Shown: positions 56,087 to 58,342 of the stretch, in pieces
Numbering within the stretch: position 1 is the first letter of the stretch
Layout of the letters: every line of letters starts with the position of its first letter
Origin: an uncultured Clostridium sp.
Lineage (GTDB): Bacteria; Bacillota_I; Bacilli_A; RF39; UBA660
Direction of reading: 5' to 3'
DNA: 58,342 nucleotides
Assembly: GCA_964345385.1 (NCBI GenBank)
Contig: CAYFQM010000003.1
Coordinates: forward strand, 1-58,342
Position numbers and translations under genes: made by a program
Notes under the pieces: generated by a model
What the model saw: only the letters and a program-made list of their open reading frames with translations
The model's database searches: none
Told to the model about the DNA's origin: nothing

Positions 56087-57422
56087 TGAGGCATTAATGA
56101 AAGACGTTTATAATTATATAAAAAATGATATTGGTTTAAATAAAAATGATAGAATTGTAATTGGAGTATCAGGAGGGCCTGATTCAATGGCTCTTCTTTA
56201 TCTTTTGAATATTTTAAAAATAGAAATGAATTTAGTTTTAATATGTGCTCATGTTAATCATAATATTAGAAAAGAAAGTGAAATTGAACAAATTACTATA
56301 AATAAATATTGTAAAGAAAACAACATAATTTTTGAATCTATTAAAATTAAAAAGTGGGGAGAAGATAATTTTCAAAATGAAGCTAGAACCACAAGATATA
56401 ATTTTTTTGATGAAATAGCAAATAATTATGAAGCAAAGTTTTTAATGACTGCTCACCATGCAGACGATTTAATGGAAACTATATTAATGAGAATAGTTAG
56501 AGGATCTACTTTAAAAGGGTATGGAGGTTTTGCAAAAGTAGTAGAAAAAGATAATTATAAAATAATTAGACCTTTAATTACAAAAACAAAAATAGAAATA
56601 TTGGATTATATTAAACAAAACAATATAACATATTTTAATGATAGTAGTAATGACGAAGACCACTATACAAGAAATAGGTATAGACATGTTGTAACACCAT
56701 TTTTGAAAAGTGAAGATATTAATGTTCATTCTAAATTTTTAAAATATAGTAAAGCCTTACTTGAAGCAAGTGATTATATAGATGCAGAAGCTAAAAAAGT
56801 TTTTAATAAAGTTGTGCAAAAAGGAATAATCAATATAGGACCTTTTCGTGAATTAGAAAAAATAATTCAAGAAAAAATAATATATAATATATTAGAAAAG
56901 ATATATAGTGATGATTTATTAATAGTTTCGGATGTACATGTTTCATTAATTATTAATTTAATTAATTCAAAGAAAGCAAATAGCATAGTTCATTTACCAA
57001 ACAATGTAGTGGTTATTAAGTCATATAATGAAGTATCTTTTGATTATGATGATTTTTTTGATGATGTATTTGAAATAGAAATAATAGATAGAATAAATTT
57101 ACCAAATGGAAAAAACATAGATAAAATAAATTGTTGTGAAGAAGTAAGTAATAATATTATAAGATTGGATAGTAAAGAAATTTGTTTACCGTTATATACT
57201 AGAAATAGAAAAGATGGAGATAAAATGAAAGTTAAAGGTCTTAATGGAACAAAAAAAATATCGGATATATTTATTGATAATAAGATTAAAAAAAATGAAC
57301 GCAATATTTGGCCAGTTGTTTTAGATGCTAAAAATAATATTGTTTGGGTACCTGGTTTAAAAAAATCAATATTTGACAAAGAAATAGATGAAGAGTATGA
57401 TATAATATTAAAGTATTATTAA
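56076..57422 (+). CDS. tilS: tRNA(Ile)-lysidine synthase
   Basis: PP-loop GVSGGPDSMALL, AHHADD, and a C-terminal TilS domain (RNRKDGDKM...GTKKISD). Confidence 0.93.
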   Translation: MMNNEALMKDVYNYIKNDIGLNKNDRIVIGVSGGPDSMALLYLLNILKIEMNLVLICAHVNHNIRKESEIEQITINKYCKENNIIFESIKIKKWGEDNFQNEARTTRYNFFDEIANNYEAKFLMTAHHADDLMETILMRIVRGSTLKGYGGFAKVVEKDNYKIIRPLITKTKIEILDYIKQNNITYFNDSSNDEDHYTRNRYRHVVTPFLKSEDINVHSKFLKYSKALLEASDYIDAEAKKVFNKVVQKGIINIGPFRELEKIIQEKIIYNILEKIYSDDLLIVSDVHVSLIINLINSKKANSIVHLPNNVVVIKSYNEVSFDYDDFFDDVFEIEIIDRINLPNGKNIDKINCCEEVSNNIIRLDSKEICLPLYTRNRKDGDKMKVKGLNGTKKISDIFIDNKIKKNERNIWPVVLDAKNNIVWVPGLKKSIFDKEIDEEYDIILKYY

Positions 57423-57435
57423 AGAAAGGAAAGAA

Positions 57436-57489
57436 ACATGAATATAAAAAAAAGTAATAAAAACATGAATATTAAAAAAAGTAATAAAA
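57436..57489 (+). repeat. 27-bp tandem duplication spanning the ftsH start codon
   Basis: acatgaatataaaaaaaagtaataaaa (57436-57462) and acatgaatattaaaaaaagtaataaaa (57463-57489) differ at 1 nt, giving MNIKKSNKN twice. Confidence 0.9.
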
Positions 57490-58342
57490 ACATAAATACA
57501 TTTCCGTATTTAATATTAGTAGCCATAATAAGTTTTTCGTATGTATATTATATTAATTTTAATAAGAAAGAAATTGAATTGAGTTTTAACCAATTAATTA
57601 CGGAAATAAACAATAGAAACGTAGAGGTCATAGAAGTGACACCTAGAAGTGATGCAGGAATATATGTAATAAATGGAAAATTAAAGTCATATAAAACAAA
57701 CGAAACATATAAAACAACAATTCCATATACTGATACAGTAATATCTAAGTTGTATGAAGTTGCAGATAATAATGATTTATCTGTTAAAACAAATACAAAT
57801 CCTGAAAAAAATACAATATTATATATTGTTATAAATATTTTACCGCTGTTATTGTTTGGAGTTTTAGCATACATGTTACTTACAAAATTAGGCAACAATG
57901 GTAAAGGAACTTTTGATTTTGGAAAAAGTAAAGCTAAATTAGCAGAAGATACTAATAGAAAAACATTTAAAGATGTAGCCGGTTTAATTGAAGAAAAAGA
58001 AGAAGTACAAGAATTAATAGATTTTTTAAAAAATCCAAAAAAATTCACAAAAATGGGGGCAAGAATACCAAAAGGAGTACTATTAGTTGGACCTCCTGGT
58101 ACAGGAAAAACCTTGTTAGCAAAAGCAATTGCTGGAGAAGCTAAAGTTCCATTTTATTTTATAAGTGGGTCTGATTTTGTTGAATTATTTGTTGGAGTAG
58201 GAGCCTCTCGTGTAAGAGATATGTTTAAACAAGCAAAAACTAACGCTCCATGCTTAATTTTTATAGATGAGATAGATGCAGTAGGAAGGCAAAGAGGAAC
58301 AGGAGTAGGTGGAGGCCATGATGAAAGAGAACAAACATTAAA
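57438..58342 (+). CDS. ftsH: ATP-dependent zinc metalloprotease FtsH, N-terminal part (runs off window end)
   Basis: Hand translation: [18 protein letters not shown]...TM...[65 protein letters not shown]. It is missing from the ORF track because the frame is still open at the window edge. Confidence 0.95.
   Translation, partial: MNIKKSNKNMNIKKSNKNINTFPYLILVAIISFSYVYYINFNKKEIELSFNQLITEINNRNVEVIEVTPRSDAGIYVINGKLKSYKTNETYKTTIPYTDTVISKLYEVADNNDLSVKTNTNPEKNTILYIVINILPLLLFGVLAYMLLTKLGNNGKGTFDFGKSKAKLAEDTNRKTFKDVAGLIEEKEEVQELIDFLKNPKKFTKMGARIPKGVLLVGPPGTGKTLLAKAIAGEAKVPFYFISGSDFVELFVGVGASRVRDMFKQAKTNAPCLIFIDEIDAVGRQRGTGVGGGHDEREQTL

Overview
Very AT-rich chromosomal window from a low-GC Firmicute-like (Bacillota) bacterium, spanning the replication origin. 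The standard genetic code applies: conserved genes are intact in the code-11 track, and TGA ends rsmI at 49483-49485. murA is present, so the organism is wall-bearing. The core is the rnpA-yidC-jag-mnmE-mnmG block on the minus strand, a DnaA-box cluster, then dnaA-dnaN-(comK-like)-recF-gyrB-gyrA on the plus strand. Gene orientation flips at about 34 kb, as expected for oriC. Right of the origin is the usual ori-proximal housekeeping run: SRP RNA, tadA, dnaX, ybaB, recR, holB, ricT, rsmI, pth, mfd, tatD, rsmA, spoVG, divIC, tilS, ftsH. Left of the origin are secA, hpf, rplM-rpsI, rpsF-ssb-rpsR, argS, murA, prfA-prmC and rpoE, interleaved with accessory or odd loci. I saw no rRNA, tRNA, CRISPR array, transposase or integrase. 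Observations most worth a second look:
- A GC-enriched leader or ncRNA candidate of about 480 nt at 18.1-18.6 kb, behind a near-consensus promoter, which I could not assign to any RNA class.
- An orphan LytTR response regulator with an unannotated 42-codon membrane-peptide ORF, divergent from an Abi_2 gene fused to the htrA operon.
- A ComK-family gene sitting between dnaN and recF, next to a frameshifted recF.
- An iPGM homolog with every catalytic motif replaced.
- A rubredoxin-fused [FeFe]-hydrogenase-like protein with an altered H-cluster motif.
- A Fic protein with a non-canonical motif, clustered with two small membrane proteins.
- A stop-interrupted reading frame flanked by 12- and 13-nt homopolymers.
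- A truncated ParB-like protein with 39-bp coding repeats.
All family assignments come from reading the translations against remembered motifs. No database search was run.
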